Source: Bdellovibrionales bacterium (lineage in GTDB: Bacteria > Bdellovibrionota > UBA1018 > CAIMNF01). Taken from it: a DNA stretch of 29,814 nt. Below the pieces are notes generated by a model, which worked only from the letters and a program-made list of their open reading frames with translations, searched no databases and was not told the origin of the DNA. Positions 9,179 to 19,756 of the stretch are shown in pieces (position 1 is the stretch's first letter; every line of letters starts with the position of its first letter). The DNA is taken from assembly GCA_040380025.1 (NCBI GenBank), contig JBEIJY010000029.1:1-29814 (forward strand). Direction: 5' to 3'. The position numbers were made by a program, and so were the translations under genes.

Positions 9179-9832
9179 TCAGTTCTTCCCGAGCGCTCGA
9201 TTGAGCACCCCGAAAACGGCTTCGGGCGACGCGCTTCCGTCCACCTTCAGGAACCCGGGGAGGGCCTCATAGTGGCTGATGATGGGTGCGGTCTGCGTCT
9301 GGTAGACCTCGATGCGCTTCCGCACAACCTCGGGCTGATCATCCGAGCGTTGGATGAACTCACAGCTCGCACCGGTTTTGGAACACTTCGCTCCTTGGGC
9401 TTCGGTAAGAGGATCGACCGAGACGATGCGATTGCAGTTTTTGCAGGTTCGACGGGCCGAGAGACGCCCCACCAATACATCGGTCGCGAGATCGAAATAA
9501 AAAATCGAATCGAGCCGGAGCCCCATGACCGACAACAGTCCGTCCAGCGCCTCGGCCTGGGCCCGCGTGCGCGGAAACCCGTCGAGAATGAAGCCCGATT
9601 TGCAATCTTGCGCACCCAACCGCTCCCGAATGAGATCGATGACCACCGCATCGGGGACGTATTCGCCTCGATCCATGAAGCCTTTTGCCTTCATTCCGAC
9701 CTCGGTCTGCCGCGCGATCGCCTCACGGAACATGTCTCCCGTGCTCAGATGCGCAAGACCGTAGCGGTCCTGGAGCAGTTTGGATTGCGTGCCCTTTCCC
9801 GATCCGGGAGGGCCGATGAAAAGAATGTTCAT
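9179..9832 (-). CDS. adk: Adenylate kinase with Cys-containing LID
   Basis: GPPGSGKGTQ, HLSTGDMFR, LDGFPRT, QRSDD. Confidence 0.98.
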   Translation of the reverse strand: MNILFIGPPGSGKGTQSKLLQDRYGLAHLSTGDMFREAIARQTEVGMKAKGFMDRGEYVPDAVVIDLIRERLGAQDCKSGFILDGFPRTRAQAEALDGLLSVMGLRLDSIFYFDLATDVLVGRLSARRTCKNCNRIVSVDPLTEAQGAKCSKTGASCEFIQRSDDQPEVVRKRIEVYQTQTAPIISHYEALPGFLKVDGSASPEAVFGVLNRALGKN

Positions 9833-11136
9833 GTGTACGCCGCTCTGCCCTTGACCCGCGCATGCTTCATGAATCCCTCATAGTTCCGGGAGAGCATGAA
9901 GGTCTCGATCTGCGCCACCGTGTCGAGGGCAACCCCGACAAGAATCAGGACGGATGTTCCGCCGAACATGAACGGCACCTTCAGGTACTGGGTCATGATC
10001 GTCGGAAGCACGCAAATCAAGGAAATATAAACCGCTCCGCCCAGAGTGAGCCGGGTCAGAACGTAGTCGATGTATCGCACGGTGCTTTCGCCCGGACGAA
10101 TGCCGGGAATGAATCCGCCGTATTTTTTGAGATTCTCAGCGACGTCTTCGGTCTTGAACACCACTGCGGTGTAAAAGTAAGCGAAGAAGAAAATCAGGCC
10201 GACAAAGAGGATCTCATACAACCAGCCGCCTGGGGCGAGCCAGCTGCTGATGGTCTGGATCAGGCCCGCCGCCCAGAAGGTCCCGATGGTGGCCGGGAAC
10301 ATCAAGAGCGAAGAAGCGAAGATGGGCGGGATCACGCCGGCGGTGTTGAGCTTCACCGGAATGTGGGTGTTTTGTCCGCCGTAGATCTTCCGGCCGACGA
10401 CCCGCTTGGCATAGTGAACGGGAATCCGCCGCGAAGCGCGCTCGACAAAAATGATCACAAAGAAGGTTGCTACGATGAGGGCCCCGACCAGAAGGAGCTT
10501 GCCGATGCCGATCTCGCCAGTACGCACGAGAGAGATGGCAGAAGAAATCCCCTGCGGGATTCCCGCGGCAATCCCCGCGAAAATGATCATCGAGGTGCCG
10601 TTTCCGATTCCCCGCTCCGAGATCTGCTCCCCGAGCCACACGAGGAACATCGTCCCGCCGGTCAGGGTGATCGTGGTCATGAGCTTGAATGCGAAGCCCG
10701 GGTCAAGAACCACGGGCTGGGGAGTCGTATACGCCTGCAAGGTGCTGGCGATCCCGAAGCCTTGGATGAAGCACAGAAGAACCGTGGCGTACCGGGTGTA
10801 CTGAGTGATTTTCTTTCGCCCCTGATCGCCCTCTTTTTGAAGATCGCTCAGGTACGGAACCATCACGGTCAAAAGCTGGAAAATGATCGAAGCCGAGATG
10901 TACGGCATGATACCCAGCGCGAAAATCGAGAACTTCTCGAGGGCACCGCCGCTGAACAGGTTGAACCAGCCGAAGATCGTGCCTTGCATGCTGGCGAAGG
11001 CCGCCTTGAGTGCCTCGCCGTCCACGCCCGGAGTCGGGATGTGAACGCCCAAGCGATAGACCGCCAGAACGATCAGCGTGAAGGTGATCTTTTTTCTGAG
11101 TTCGGGGATTTTGACAATGCCTTCTGCTCCTGCCAT
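9829..11136 (-). CDS. secY: Preprotein translocase subunit SecY
   Basis: SIFALGIMPYISASII, GIGNGTS, AGVIPPIFASS, IPGIRPG, GGTSVLILVGV. Confidence 0.99.
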   Translation of the reverse strand: MAGAEGIVKIPELRKKITFTLIVLAVYRLGVHIPTPGVDGEALKAAFASMQGTIFGWFNLFSGGALEKFSIFALGIMPYISASIIFQLLTVMVPYLSDLQKEGDQGRKKITQYTRYATVLLCFIQGFGIASTLQAYTTPQPVVLDPGFAFKLMTTITLTGGTMFLVWLGEQISERGIGNGTSMIIFAGIAAGIPQGISSAISLVRTGEIGIGKLLLVGALIVATFFVIIFVERASRRIPVHYAKRVVGRKIYGGQNTHIPVKLNTAGVIPPIFASSLLMFPATIGTFWAAGLIQTISSWLAPGGWLYEILFVGLIFFFAYFYTAVVFKTEDVAENLKKYGGFIPGIRPGESTVRYIDYVLTRLTLGGAVYISLICVLPTIMTQYLKVPFMFGGTSVLILVGVALDTVAQIETFMLSRNYEGFMKHARVKGRAAYT

Positions 11137-11289
11137 GAGTGTCTTTCCTCTGATGCCTCGACGATTGATGGAGATGTGTTGATCGGGATCGTACCCCTGA
11201 TCCCGTGAACTGAAAACAAGAAAGGTATGGCCCGCGCCGAACCGGCAAAAGCCATACCTTTGAATCCTTCTCCGCGGGCGGAGTCCGGT

Positions 11290-11748
11290 TTACTGGATCT
11301 TGATGATCTCGACCGAACCGCCGGCAGCTGCGATCTTCTGGTTGGCCGACTCGGACACCCGATGCGCCTTGATCTTGAGAGCGCGCGAGAGGGTTCCGTT
11401 GCCGAGCACCACCAGGCGATCGGAGTTCTTCTTCGCGAGACCGAGCTCGATCAGGGCCTTCAGGTCGAGTTCCTTCACGTCCGCGGGGATCTTCGCTTCG
11501 AGGTCCGCAAGATTGATCACGGCGTGGTTGCGCGCGTGGATGTTCGTGAACCCGCGCTTCGGGAGACGACGATACAGAGGGGTCTGACCGCCTTCGAATC
11601 CCGGACGGACGCTGCCGCCGGAACGCTGGAGCTGACCCTTGTCGCCCTTCCCTGCTGTGGGTCCGAGACCCGACCCGGAACCGCGTCCGAGACGCTTGCG
11701 CGTCGTGGACGATCCGGCTTGTGGCTTGAGTGTATTGAGCTTCAACAT
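11290..11748 (-). CDS. rplO: 50S ribosomal protein L15
   Basis: RLGRGSGSG, GFEGGQTPLYRRLPKRGF. Confidence 0.98.
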   Translation of the reverse strand: MLKLNTLKPQAGSSTTRKRLGRGSGSGLGPTAGKGDKGQLQRSGGSVRPGFEGGQTPLYRRLPKRGFTNIHARNHAVINLADLEAKIPADVKELDLKALIELGLAKKNSDRLVVLGNGTLSRALKIKAHRVSESANQKIAAAGGSVEIIKIQ

Positions 11749-11769
11749 AATTCTGTTCTCCGCTGGCGC

Positions 11770-11967
11770 TTAATTGTCTGCGAGAATCTCCACGAACTGG
11801 ATGACCTTTTTGATCATTCCACGTACCGCGGGAGTGTTCTCAAGCGTCGTTTCCTGATGACGCTTTTTCAGTCCGAGGCCCTTCAGGCAGGCCCTTTGAT
11901 TCGGGTTCAACGAGATCCGGCCCTTTTTGAGACGGATTACGATCGTATTCTTTGTTTCTTTCGCCAT
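11770..11967 (-). CDS. rpmD: 50S ribosomal protein L30
   Basis: LKGLGLKK...NTPAVRGMIKKV; position between rpsE and rplO; ATG at 11967 with GAGGTG SD. Confidence 0.93.
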   Translation of the reverse strand: MAKETKNTIVIRLKKGRISLNPNQRACLKGLGLKKRHQETTLENTPAVRGMIKKVIQFVEILADN

Positions 11968-11969
11968 AC

Positions 11970-12491
11970 TCACCTCTGCTCCGAGCCGTGCAGCTCGCTC
12001 ACCGTTTTCCCGCGCGACTTGGCGATGTCCGTGAGGCTGCGAAGCGACTTGAGGGCGTCGAAGGTCGCACGGACAACGTTGTGCGGATTGTCCCGGCGAA
12101 GGGACTTCGTAAGAATGTTCTTCACTCCGGCCGCCTCGAGGATCGCGCGGACCGCGGAGCTCGCGATGACTCCCGATCCTTCCGGAGCCGGCTTCATCAG
12201 CACGGAGCTCGCACCGAAGGTCCCCATCACCTCATGGGGAATCGTGGTGCCATGGAGGGGCACATTCAGAAGAGACTTCCGAGCGCGCTTTCCGGCTTTC
12301 TTGATCGCCTCGGGAACTTCGGTCGCCTTGCCGAGACCGACCCCGACCTGGCCCTTCTTGTTTCCGACCACCACGATCGCGGCGAAGCTGAAGCGGCGTC
12401 CGCCTTTGACCACCTTCGCGCAGCGGTTGATGTGGATCACCTTGTCTTCGAACTCAGTGTCTTCTGTCTTGTTGTCGTAACCCATTGCCAT
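11970..12491 (-). CDS. rpsE: 30S ribosomal protein S5
   Basis: INRCAKVVKGGRRFSF, GKATEVPEAI, NPHNVVRAT. Confidence 0.98.
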   Translation of the reverse strand: MAMGYDNKTEDTEFEDKVIHINRCAKVVKGGRRFSFAAIVVVGNKKGQVGVGLGKATEVPEAIKKAGKRARKSLLNVPLHGTTIPHEVMGTFGASSVLMKPAPEGSGVIASSAVRAILEAAGVKNILTKSLRRDNPHNVVRATFDALKSLRSLTDIAKSRGKTVSELHGSEQR

Positions 12492-12507
12492 ATTGAGATT
12501 CCTTTAA

Positions 12508-12882
12508 TTAAAAGTTCAACCCTGCTTCACGGGCCGCGTCCGCGAGAGCCTTGATCTTGCCGTGATACAGATATCCGCCGCGATCGAAGACCACATCCTT
12601 GATGCCCTTGGCCATCGCGCGTTTTGCAACGAGCTGACCGACGAGCTTGGAGCCCTCGATGTTGGCTTTCGACTTCGAAAGCTCTTTCTCGGTGGTGGAG
12701 GCGGCCGCGATGGTATGACCCTTCACGTCGTCCACAAGCTGGGCGTACACGTTCGAGTTCGAACGGAACACGACCAGACGGGGACGTTCCGCATTCCCCT
12801 CAATCTTGGAACGGATCCGCTTCTTGTGCTTGAAGCGGATGATCTGCTTCTGACTGGTTCTATTTCGGATTTTCGTAGCCAT
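12508..12882 (-). CDS. rplR: 50S ribosomal protein L18
   Basis: [31 protein letters not shown]. Confidence 0.98.
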   Translation of the reverse strand: MATKIRNRTSQKQIIRFKHKKRIRSKIEGNAERPRLVVFRSNSNVYAQLVDDVKGHTIAAASTTEKELSKSKANIEGSKLVGQLVAKRAMAKGIKDVVFDRGGYLYHGKIKALADAAREAGLNF

Positions 12883-12894
12883 GATTCCCTCTTA

Positions 12895-13440
12895 TTACTT
12901 CGAGCCCGCTGCGGCCTTACCAGCCTTGCGAACAATGTGTTCGTTGGTGTAGCGGATTCCCTTGCCCTGATACGGCTCGGGCGGCTTCACTCCGCGGATT
13001 TTGTCTGCGGTGAGGCCGATCAGCATCTTGTCGCTGCCGGTGAGAACCACGTGGGTGTTGTTCTCGACCTTCGCCTGGATGCCTTCCGGGAGTTTGAAAT
13101 CCACAGGATGCGAGTACCCGACGGTCAGCGAAAGGACATTGCCTTTGGCTGCGGCACGGTATCCGACGCCCACGATGTCGAGCTCGCGGGTGAAACCCTG
13201 CGACACGCCGGTCACCATGTTGTGGATCTGGGTGCGGACCACGCCTTGGAGCGCGCCTGCATCCGCCTGGCCGACTTCGCGTTCCACTTTGATCTCCTGG
13301 GCTTCGACGACGATTTTCACGCCGGAAGGAAGACTGAAGTGAGACTTGCCCTTGGGACCCTCGACATGAAGGGTGCCGTCTTTCAGACTGACCTTCACGC
13401 CTTGTGCGATTTTGACTGGAGCTTTACCTACACGAGACAT
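12895..13440 (-). CDS. rplF: 50S ribosomal protein L6
   Basis: MSRVGK, GVGYRA, PPEPYQGKGIRY. Confidence 0.98.
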   Translation of the reverse strand: MSRVGKAPVKIAQGVKVSLKDGTLHVEGPKGKSHFSLPSGVKIVVEAQEIKVEREVGQADAGALQGVVRTQIHNMVTGVSQGFTRELDIVGVGYRAAAKGNVLSLTVGYSHPVDFKLPEGIQAKVENNTHVVLTGSDKMLIGLTADKIRGVKPPEPYQGKGIRYTNEHIVRKAGKAAAGSK

Positions 13441-13443
13441 AAA

Positions 13444-13845
13444 TCACCAAACCTCGCAAAGAATTTCGCCGCCCACTTTGTGCTGGGCCGCTTTCTGGGT
13501 TGCCAATACGCCCTTCGAAGTCGAGAGGATCGAGATCCCCACGCCGCCGAGGACCTTCGGGATCGCCCCGACGCCCGCGTACTTGCGCACGCCCGGCTTG
13601 CTCACGCGGCGGATCCCGCGGATCACGCTTTCGCCGTGATCGTCGTACTTCAGGTACACCTTGATGGTGACGTGGCCGTTCTCATCGCGCACGAGACGGA
13701 AGTTCTTGATGAACCCCTCGTCCTTCAGAACGCGAACGATGTTCGCCTTCAGGCGGGAGGCGGGCACTTCCACCTTCTCATGCTTCTCCGCACACGCATT
13801 GCGGATGCGGGTCAGTAAATCTGCGATTGGATCTGTCATGCTCAT
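13444..13845 (-). CDS. rpsH: 30S ribosomal protein S8
   Basis: DPIADLLTRIRNA, RVSKPG, ILSTSKG, GGEILCEVW. Confidence 0.98.
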   Translation of the reverse strand: MSMTDPIADLLTRIRNACAEKHEKVEVPASRLKANIVRVLKDEGFIKNFRLVRDENGHVTIKVYLKYDDHGESVIRGIRRVSKPGVRKYAGVGAIPKVLGGVGISILSTSKGVLATQKAAQHKVGGEILCEVW

Positions 13846-13860
13846 AATCGTTAACCCTTC

Positions 13861-14046
13861 CTACCAACTTGACTTCGTAACGCCCGGGAGAAGCCCCTTG
13901 AGCGCGAGACCACGGAAACAAATACGGCACATGTTGAATTTGCGCATGTACGCTTTCGAACGGCCGCAAAGCGGGCACCGGTTCTTGGTGCGCGACTTGA
14001 ACTTCGGCGTCGTCCCCATTTTTACGAGTTTACATTTCTTAGCCAA
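13861..14046 (-). CDS. rpsN: 30S ribosomal protein S14, 61-aa zinc-binding (type Z) form
   Basis: RCPLCGRS...[19 protein letters not shown] start with AGGAG SD. Confidence 0.97.
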   Translation of the reverse strand: MAKKCKLVKMGTTPKFKSRTKNRCPLCGRSKAYMRKFNMCRICFRGLALKGLLPGVTKSSW

Positions 14047-14072
14047 GCTCTATCTCCTTCTTGTGATGATGC

Positions 14073-14753
14073 TTACTTCCTGAAAGGCATGCCCATCTCG
14101 GCGAGCAGGGCCCTTGCATGTTCGTTGTTCTTCGCGGTCGTGACGATGGTCACGGTCATCCCGCGCACAGAGTCGACCAGATCGTAATTGATCTCGGGGA
14201 AAATGATCTGTTCCTTGATTCCGAGCGAGTAGTTTCCGCGTCCATCGAACGCCTTCGCGCTCACCCCTTTGAAATCGCGAACCCGGGGGAGGGAGACCGA
14301 AACCAGACGATCGTAGAACTCGAGCATCCGCGCGCGGCGCAAAGTGACGGCGACGGCAACGGCGTTGCCCTTCCGGACCTTGAACGCTGCGATCGCTTTC
14401 TTGGCGCGGGTCATGATGGGCTTTTGACCGGTGATCGCCATCAGATCGTTCATCGCGCTGTCGAGAACCTTCGGATTCCCGATGGCTTCTTTGACCGCGC
14501 AATTCACGACGATCTTCTCGAAGCGGGGCACTTCCATACGGCTCTTGAAGCCGAACTGCTTCATCAGCGCAGGAACCACCACTTGCTCGTAGTGGGCCTT
14601 CATGCGGATCTCGGACTCCGGAGAAATGCGGATCTCTCCTTCAGGAGTGACCTTCACCGCGTTCGCCAGGGCCGCTTTCTCGCGTTTGCCTGCCTTGGGA
14701 GCGGCTGCGGGCTTCGCTTCTTTCTTCTTTTCTGTGTCTTTAGTGTCTGCCAC
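14073..14753 (-). CDS. rplE: 50S ribosomal protein L5 with N-terminal extension
   Basis: [35 protein letters not shown]. Confidence 0.98.
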   Translation of the reverse strand: MADTKDTEKKKEAKPAAAPKAGKREKAALANAVKVTPEGEIRISPESEIRMKAHYEQVVVPALMKQFGFKSRMEVPRFEKIVVNCAVKEAIGNPKVLDSAMNDLMAITGQKPIMTRAKKAIAAFKVRKGNAVAVAVTLRRARMLEFYDRLVSVSLPRVRDFKGVSAKAFDGRGNYSLGIKEQIIFPEINYDLVDSVRGMTVTIVTTAKNNEHARALLAEMGMPFRK

Positions 14754-14770
14754 GGATCAATCCTCCAAAA

Positions 14771-15085
14771 CTACTTCTTCGCGGAAGCCGTCTTTTCGAC
14801 GAGCTCGCCTTTTTTTCCACGGGTGAACTTCGACGCGCGAGCAGGCTTCTTCGTGGTCGGGCTGACCAGAAGAACATTGGAATACGCGATCGCCGCTTCT
14901 TTGCGCACGATCCCGCCCTGCGGGTTCGTCTGGCTCGGCTTCACATGGCGCTTCACGAAGTTCACGCCTTCGACGGTCAGCTTCATCGCCTTCGCGTCGA
15001 CCTTGAGAACCTTGCCCTGCTTGCCCTTGTCCTTGCCGGCAACCACCGCCACCAGATCATTTTTACGAATGAATAACTTAGTCAT
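14771..15085 (-). CDS. rplX: 50S ribosomal protein L24
   Basis: KOW motif IRKNDLVAVVAGKDKGKQG, VEGVN, GGIVRKEA; likely start 15085 (GAGG SD), alternative 15100. Confidence 0.96.
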   Translation of the reverse strand: MTKLFIRKNDLVAVVAGKDKGKQGKVLKVDAKAMKLTVEGVNFVKRHVKPSQTNPQGGIVRKEAAIAYSNVLLVSPTTKKPARASKFTRGKKGELVEKTASAKK

Positions 15086-15103
15086 AATCGGCCTCTGCAT
15101 CCT

Positions 15104-15472
15104 TCAAATCACTTCAGGGGCGAGAGAGATGATCTTCATGAAATTCTTTGCACGAAGCTCTCTGGCCACCGGCCCGAAAATCCGGGTTCCCACCGGCTCG
15201 TTCTGGGCATTGATCAGCACCGCGGAATTCTTGTCGAAACGGATGTACGAGCCATCCTTCCGGTTCACTTCCTTGGCAGTCCTGACGATCACCGCTTTCA
15301 TGATGTCCCCCTTCTTCACCTTGGAATTCGGGGTGGCATCCTTCACGGAAACCACAATCACGTCGCCGATGGACGCGTACTTGCGGCGGGTTCCGCCGAG
15401 CACCTTGATGCACATCACGGAGCGCGCGCCGGAATTGTCAGCTACATCGAGACGGGTATTCATCTGAATCAT
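15104..15472 (-). CDS. rplN: 50S ribosomal protein L14
   Basis: [32 protein letters not shown]. Confidence 0.99.
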   Translation of the reverse strand: MIQMNTRLDVADNSGARSVMCIKVLGGTRRKYASIGDVIVVSVKDATPNSKVKKGDIMKAVIVRTAKEVNRKDGSYIRFDKNSAVLINAQNEPVGTRIFGPVARELRAKNFMKIISLAPEVI

Positions 15473-15494
15473 GGAAATTCTCCTCTACGACCTT

Positions 15495-15851
15495 TCAATC
15501 AACCTTGGCCAGGGTGTGACCCGAAGCCGGACGGACGATCTTCTGCACCGCCCAGCGCTTCTCGCGCGAAAGGGGACGGGACTCGATGATCTCGACGAGA
15601 TCGCCGGCCTTGGCGCGGTTGCCCTCGTTGTGCGCCTTGAACTTGCTCGACTTGACGGTGTACTTGCCGTACATCCCGCTGCGCACGCGGCGTTCCACGC
15701 GCACCACGCAGGTTTTCTCCATCTTGTCGCTCACCACGGTGCCCATCATGACCCGCTTGTGAGGCTTCTTCGCCGCTGCTTCCACTGGAGAAGCTGCCAC
15801 TTTCGAAGCCGATGCCTTGGACTCAACTGTCTTTTTCTTTGATTCTGCCAT
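15495..15851 (-). CDS. rpsQ: 30S ribosomal protein S17 with N-terminal extension
   Basis: [29 protein letters not shown]. Confidence 0.97.
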   Translation of the reverse strand: MAESKKKTVESKASASKVAASPVEAAAKKPHKRVMMGTVVSDKMEKTCVVRVERRVRSGMYGKYTVKSSKFKAHNEGNRAKAGDLVEIIESRPLSREKRWAVQKIVRPASGHTLAKVD

Positions 15852-15864
15852 ACCTTCCTCGAAA

Positions 15865-16065
15865 CTACTTGGCCGTCTTCTGCGTCAAGAAAGTCTTGAT
15901 GCGGGCGATTTCCTTGCGGTTCTTCCAGATGATCGAAGTGTTCTCGAGCTGTCCGGTGGCGAGCTTGATTTTCGCCTCGAACAAGGCCTTCCGGCCTTCG
16001 ATGATCTTCTGGTTCATTTCTTTCACTGAAAGATTCTTCAATCCTTCCAATTTCTTCTTAGCCAC
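15865..16065 (-). CDS. rpmC: 50S ribosomal protein L29
   Basis: ATGQLEN...RKEIARIKT; position between rplP and rpsQ. Confidence 0.95.
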   Translation of the reverse strand: MAKKKLEGLKNLSVKEMNQKIIEGRKALFEAKIKLATGQLENTSIIWKNRKEIARIKTFLTQKTAK

Positions 16066-16077
16066 GTCGCTTACTCC

Positions 16078-16566
16078 TTACTTTGCCGCCGCAGTCCGGG
16101 CGGCCGACTTCGCGACCGATTTCTCGGCACGCTTGGCCATCGCCTTGGCCTCGATGTCTTTGTTGATCAGCTTGAACTTCAGGGGAAGCTTGTGGGCCGC
16201 GAGACGAAGCGCTTCGAACGCCTCGGCCTGGGGAACTCCGGCCATCTCGAAGATGATCCGGCCCGGCTTGATCACGGCTGCCCATTCTTCCACACCGCCC
16301 TTACCGGAACCCATCCGGGTCTCGGCAGGCTTCTTGGTGATCGGTTTGTGGGGGAAAATCCGTACCCAGATGTTCCCGCCGCGCTTCACGTGACGGGTCA
16401 TCGCAACCCGCGCCGCTTCCAGCTGTTTTGCCGAAATGCGTCCGCACTCGGCGGCCTGAAGGCCGAACTCACCGAAGAAAAGGGCCCCGCCCGAACCTGC
16501 TTCCGCACGTCCGCGGTTCTTTCCTTTCGCTTGCTTTCTCCATTTTACTCTTTTTGGCGTCAACAT
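16078..16566 (-). CDS. rplP: 50S ribosomal protein L16
   Basis: [26 protein letters not shown]. Confidence 0.98.
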   Translation of the reverse strand: MLTPKRVKWRKQAKGKNRGRAEAGSGGALFFGEFGLQAAECGRISAKQLEAARVAMTRHVKRGGNIWVRIFPHKPITKKPAETRMGSGKGGVEEWAAVIKPGRIIFEMAGVPQAEAFEALRLAAHKLPLKFKLINKDIEAKAMAKRAEKSVAKSAARTAAAK

Positions 16567-16584
16567 GGTTCAATCTCCTGCCGT

Positions 16585-17268
16585 TCAGTTCTGTTTCGCA
16601 GACGACTCGATGGCTTTCGCCTCAGCCGCCGCCTGGCGCTTCAGGGTCTGGGTTTCGCCGTGGTAAACCCACACTTTCACCCCGATGATTCCGTAAACGG
16701 TATGCCCTTCGGCTGTGCCGTAATCGATGTTCGCGCGGAGGGTATGGAGAGGAACGCTGTCCTCGCTGTACCACTCGGTCCGGGCGATCTCGGCCCCGCC
16801 GAGACGTCCCGCAACGCGGATCTTGATTCCTTTGACACCCTGTTTGAAGGCGGCGGTCATGCACTTCTTCATGGCGCGACGGAATGCCACCCGCTTCTCG
16901 AGCTGGGCCGCGACGTTTTCGGCGATCAGAGTGGAATTCGCTTCGGGATTCTTCACTTCGATGATGTTCAGGAGCACTTCGCTCGAGGAGAACTTCTGTA
17001 CTTCCGCACGGAGCTGGTCCACGCCCGCGCCTTTTTTGCCGATCACAATGCCGGGACGGGCAGTGTGAACGTTGATCTTCACCTTGTTCGCCGCGCGTTC
17101 GATGTCGATCTTGGCAATGCCGGCCGAGAACAGCTTCTTCTTGAGTTCCTTGCGGAGCTTCAGATCTTCATGAAGGAGCTTGGCGTAGTCCTTCTTCGCG
17201 TACCAACGGCTTTCCCAGGTTTTGGTGACTCCCAAACGGAATCCAATCGGATGTACCTTCTGACCCAT
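16585..17268 (-). CDS. rpsC: 30S ribosomal protein S3
   Basis: [44 protein letters not shown]. Confidence 0.99.
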   Translation of the reverse strand: MGQKVHPIGFRLGVTKTWESRWYAKKDYAKLLHEDLKLRKELKKKLFSAGIAKIDIERAANKVKINVHTARPGIVIGKKGAGVDQLRAEVQKFSSSEVLLNIIEVKNPEANSTLIAENVAAQLEKRVAFRRAMKKCMTAAFKQGVKGIKIRVAGRLGGAEIARTEWYSEDSVPLHTLRANIDYGTAEGHTVYGIIGVKVWVYHGETQTLKRQAAAEAKAIESSAKQN

Positions 17269-17270
17269 GA

Positions 17271-17630
17271 TTATTTCCCCTTGCCCTTCTTGGTGATGTT
17301 CTCAGCAACGTAGACCTTGAGGTTGCTGGTGTACTTGAGGATGCGGCTTGCGGAACCCTTCGCGCGTGCCTTGAAACGCTTCAGGGTCGGCCCCTTGCCG
17401 ACGAGAATCCGGCTCACGACCAGCTGGTCGATGTCCATGGTTCCCTTTTGCTCTGCGTTCGCGACCGCGCTTTTCAGCGCGCCCGAGATCAGGGCGGCAA
17501 GACGGCGCTGGGGAGCGAGCGAGAGGTAGTTGATCGCGGCAGCTACTGGCTTTCCACGGACCTCATCGGCAAGCATCCCCAACTTGCGGGGGGTTACTCG
17601 AATGTTTTTCAGTGATGACATGGTTTCCAT
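17271..17630 (-). CDS. rplV: 50S ribosomal protein L22
   Basis: [24 protein letters not shown]; position between rpsS and rpsC. Confidence 0.96.
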   Translation of the reverse strand: METMSSLKNIRVTPRKLGMLADEVRGKPVAAAINYLSLAPQRRLAALISGALKSAVANAEQKGTMDIDQLVVSRILVGKGPTLKRFKARAKGSASRILKYTSNLKVYVAENITKKGKGK

Positions 17631-17652
17631 TGTCGTTCTCCTTCAGCTCGCC

Positions 17653-17952
17653 TTACTTCCCGGCAGGAGCGGAGGAAGCCGCTTCTTTCTTGTCGGAAGG
17701 CGTGTGTCCGTGGAAGGTACGAGTCAGGGCGAACTCCCCGAGCTTGTGACCAACCATGTTTTCTGTCACGTAGACAGGCACGAATTTGCGCCCGTTGTGA
17801 ACCGCAAGTGTGAGCCCCACGAACTCAGGAAGAACCGTGGAACGACGCGACCAGGTCTTGATGACCTTCTTGTCGTTGGCGGCTTTCGCGGTTTCCACCT
17901 TTTTGAAGAGGTGATCGTCGCAGAATGGTCCTTTTTTCAGTGATCTAGCCAA
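17653..17952 (-). CDS. rpsS: 30S ribosomal protein S19
   Basis: [28 protein letters not shown] start. Confidence 0.99.
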   Translation of the reverse strand: MARSLKKGPFCDDHLFKKVETAKAANDKKVIKTWSRRSTVLPEFVGLTLAVHNGRKFVPVYVTENMVGHKLGEFALTRTFHGHTPSDKKEAASSAPAGK

Positions 17953-17972
17953 AGTATGTTCTCCTTAGTTCG

Positions 17973-18803
17973 TTACGCGCGCTTCACAATGAACGCATCG
18001 GTACGTTTATTCTTCCGGGTTTTGTATCCTTTGGTCGGCTTGCCCCAAGGAGTCGTAGGATGACGTCCGCCGGAGCTCTTGCCTTCACCACCACCCATCG
18101 GATGGTCGACAGGGTTTTTCGCAACACCGCGGACTGCCGGGCGGATGCCCATCCAGCGCGAACGGCCTGCTTTCCCGATCGTGATGTTCTCGTGCTCGAG
18201 GTTCGACACCTGGCCGATCGAAGCGCGGCAGTTCACGTGCACGAGGCGGATCTCGCCGCTCGGCATGCGCACCTGCGCGTACTCGCCCTCTTTCGCCATG
18301 AGCTGGCCGTAGCTGCCCGCGGATCTCGCGAGCTTCCCGCCCTTGCCCAGCTCGACTTCGATGTTGTGCAAGAAAGTACCGACCGGGACGTTGAAGATCT
18401 GGAGGCTGTTGCCCGGCTTGATGTCAGCCGAATTGCTCGACACGACTTTATCGCCGGTTTTCAGTCCTTCAGGAGCGATGATGAACCGCTTGTCCCCGTC
18501 CTTGTACTCGATCAGGGCGATCCACGCCGTACGGTTCGGATCGTACTCGATCGAAGCGACGGTTCCGGGAACGCCTTCTTTGTCGCGCTTGAAATCAATC
18601 AAGCGGTAGTGTTGCTTGTGACCGCCACCGATGTGCTGGACGGTGATGCGTCCATGGACGTTCCGTCCGCCGGAGCGGGTCTTGAACTTGGTCAAACGGT
18701 TCGGACGGGCCGGGAGCTCTGACTTCTTGGTCAGAACCGAGAAGTCCGCTACGGTCTTGAACCGGAGGGTTGGGGTTTTCGGCTTGAATGTCTTGACTGC
18801 CAT
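17973..18803 (-). CDS. rplB: 50S ribosomal protein L2
   Basis: [29 protein letters not shown]. Confidence 0.99.
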   Translation of the reverse strand: MAVKTFKPKTPTLRFKTVADFSVLTKKSELPARPNRLTKFKTRSGGRNVHGRITVQHIGGGHKQHYRLIDFKRDKEGVPGTVASIEYDPNRTAWIALIEYKDGDKRFIIAPEGLKTGDKVVSSNSADIKPGNSLQIFNVPVGTFLHNIEVELGKGGKLARSAGSYGQLMAKEGEYAQVRMPSGEIRLVHVNCRASIGQVSNLEHENITIGKAGRSRWMGIRPAVRGVAKNPVDHPMGGGEGKSSGGRHPTTPWGKPTKGYKTRKNKRTDAFIVKRA

Positions 18804-18827
18804 AATGGTTCCTCTGTCACCCTTGGA

Positions 18828-19124
18828 TTATTGTTTTACCTGGAACAGCTCGATCTTCTGGCCGGGAGCCAGGGTGATGATCGCTTTCTTCCAGTTGGAG
18901 CGCTTGTATTCGAACCGGCCGGAACGCTTGTTCTTGCCGTGCATGACTCCGGTATTGACGGCTTTCACCTTCACCTTGAAGAGCTGCTCGACCGCCGATT
19001 TGATCTCGGGCTTCGAAGCGGTGGGATCGACTTCGAACACATAGCGGTTCGCCACTTCGGCGAGCGCCGTGCTCTTCTCGCTGATTACGGGACGCTTGAT
19101 TACGCTGAAGACTTTTTCTTGCAT
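18828..19124 (-). CDS. rplW: 50S ribosomal protein L23
   Basis: RPVISEKS, KPEIKSAVEQLF, WKKAIITL. Confidence 0.97.
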   Translation of the reverse strand: MQEKVFSVIKRPVISEKSTALAEVANRYVFEVDPTASKPEIKSAVEQLFKVKVKAVNTGVMHGKNKRSGRFEYKRSNWKKAIITLAPGQKIELFQVKQ

Positions 19125-19125
19125 G

Positions 19126-19755
19126 TTACTTCTCCGTTCCGAGGCGGGCTTCGATTGCCTTCACCGCGTCTTGGGTCATCACCAACCAGTCATGCTTCAC
19201 GATGTCGTACACGTTGAGCCCCTCGGTACGGAGCATGCGTACGCCCTTCAGGTTGCGCATGGAAAGTTCGACATTCTGATCGGCTCCCGAAATCACGAGA
19301 ACCTTGTCGAGCTTGAAGGTGTCTTTGATCATCTTCTCGGCGTCCTTGGTTTTCGGTGCCGAAAACACGAGCTTGTCGAGAATGATCACACGAGCGGCCT
19401 TCACCCGGTCAGAAAGAGCCGAGCGGAGAGCTCCGCGGACCATTTCCTTCGGAGTGCGTTCCGCATACGAGCGGGGCTGGGGACCGAAGTTCTGACCGCC
19501 ACCCACCATGAGAGGAGAACGGGTCGAACCCTGGCGGGCATTCCCGGTTCCTTTTTGCTTGAACGGCTTGCGTCCGCCACCGCGGACTTCGGATTTCACC
19601 TTCGTCTTGGCAGTGCCTTGACGACGATCTGCGAGCTGAGCCTTGACGACCTGGTGAACCAGGGCGCGATTGATCTCAGCAGCGAACACTGCATCGTTCA
19701 GGTTCACGCTGCCGACTTTTTCTTTCTTTTGATTGAACAGTTCCAAAGATGGCAT
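19126..19755 (-). CDS. rplD: 50S ribosomal protein L4
   Basis: RQGTAKTK, GGGRKPFKQKGTGNARQGS. Confidence 0.98.
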   Translation of the reverse strand: MPSLELFNQKKEKVGSVNLNDAVFAAEINRALVHQVVKAQLADRRQGTAKTKVKSEVRGGGRKPFKQKGTGNARQGSTRSPLMVGGGQNFGPQPRSYAERTPKEMVRGALRSALSDRVKAARVIILDKLVFSAPKTKDAEKMIKDTFKLDKVLVISGADQNVELSMRNLKGVRMLRTEGLNVYDIVKHDWLVMTQDAVKAIEARLGTEK

Positions 19756-19756
19756 C

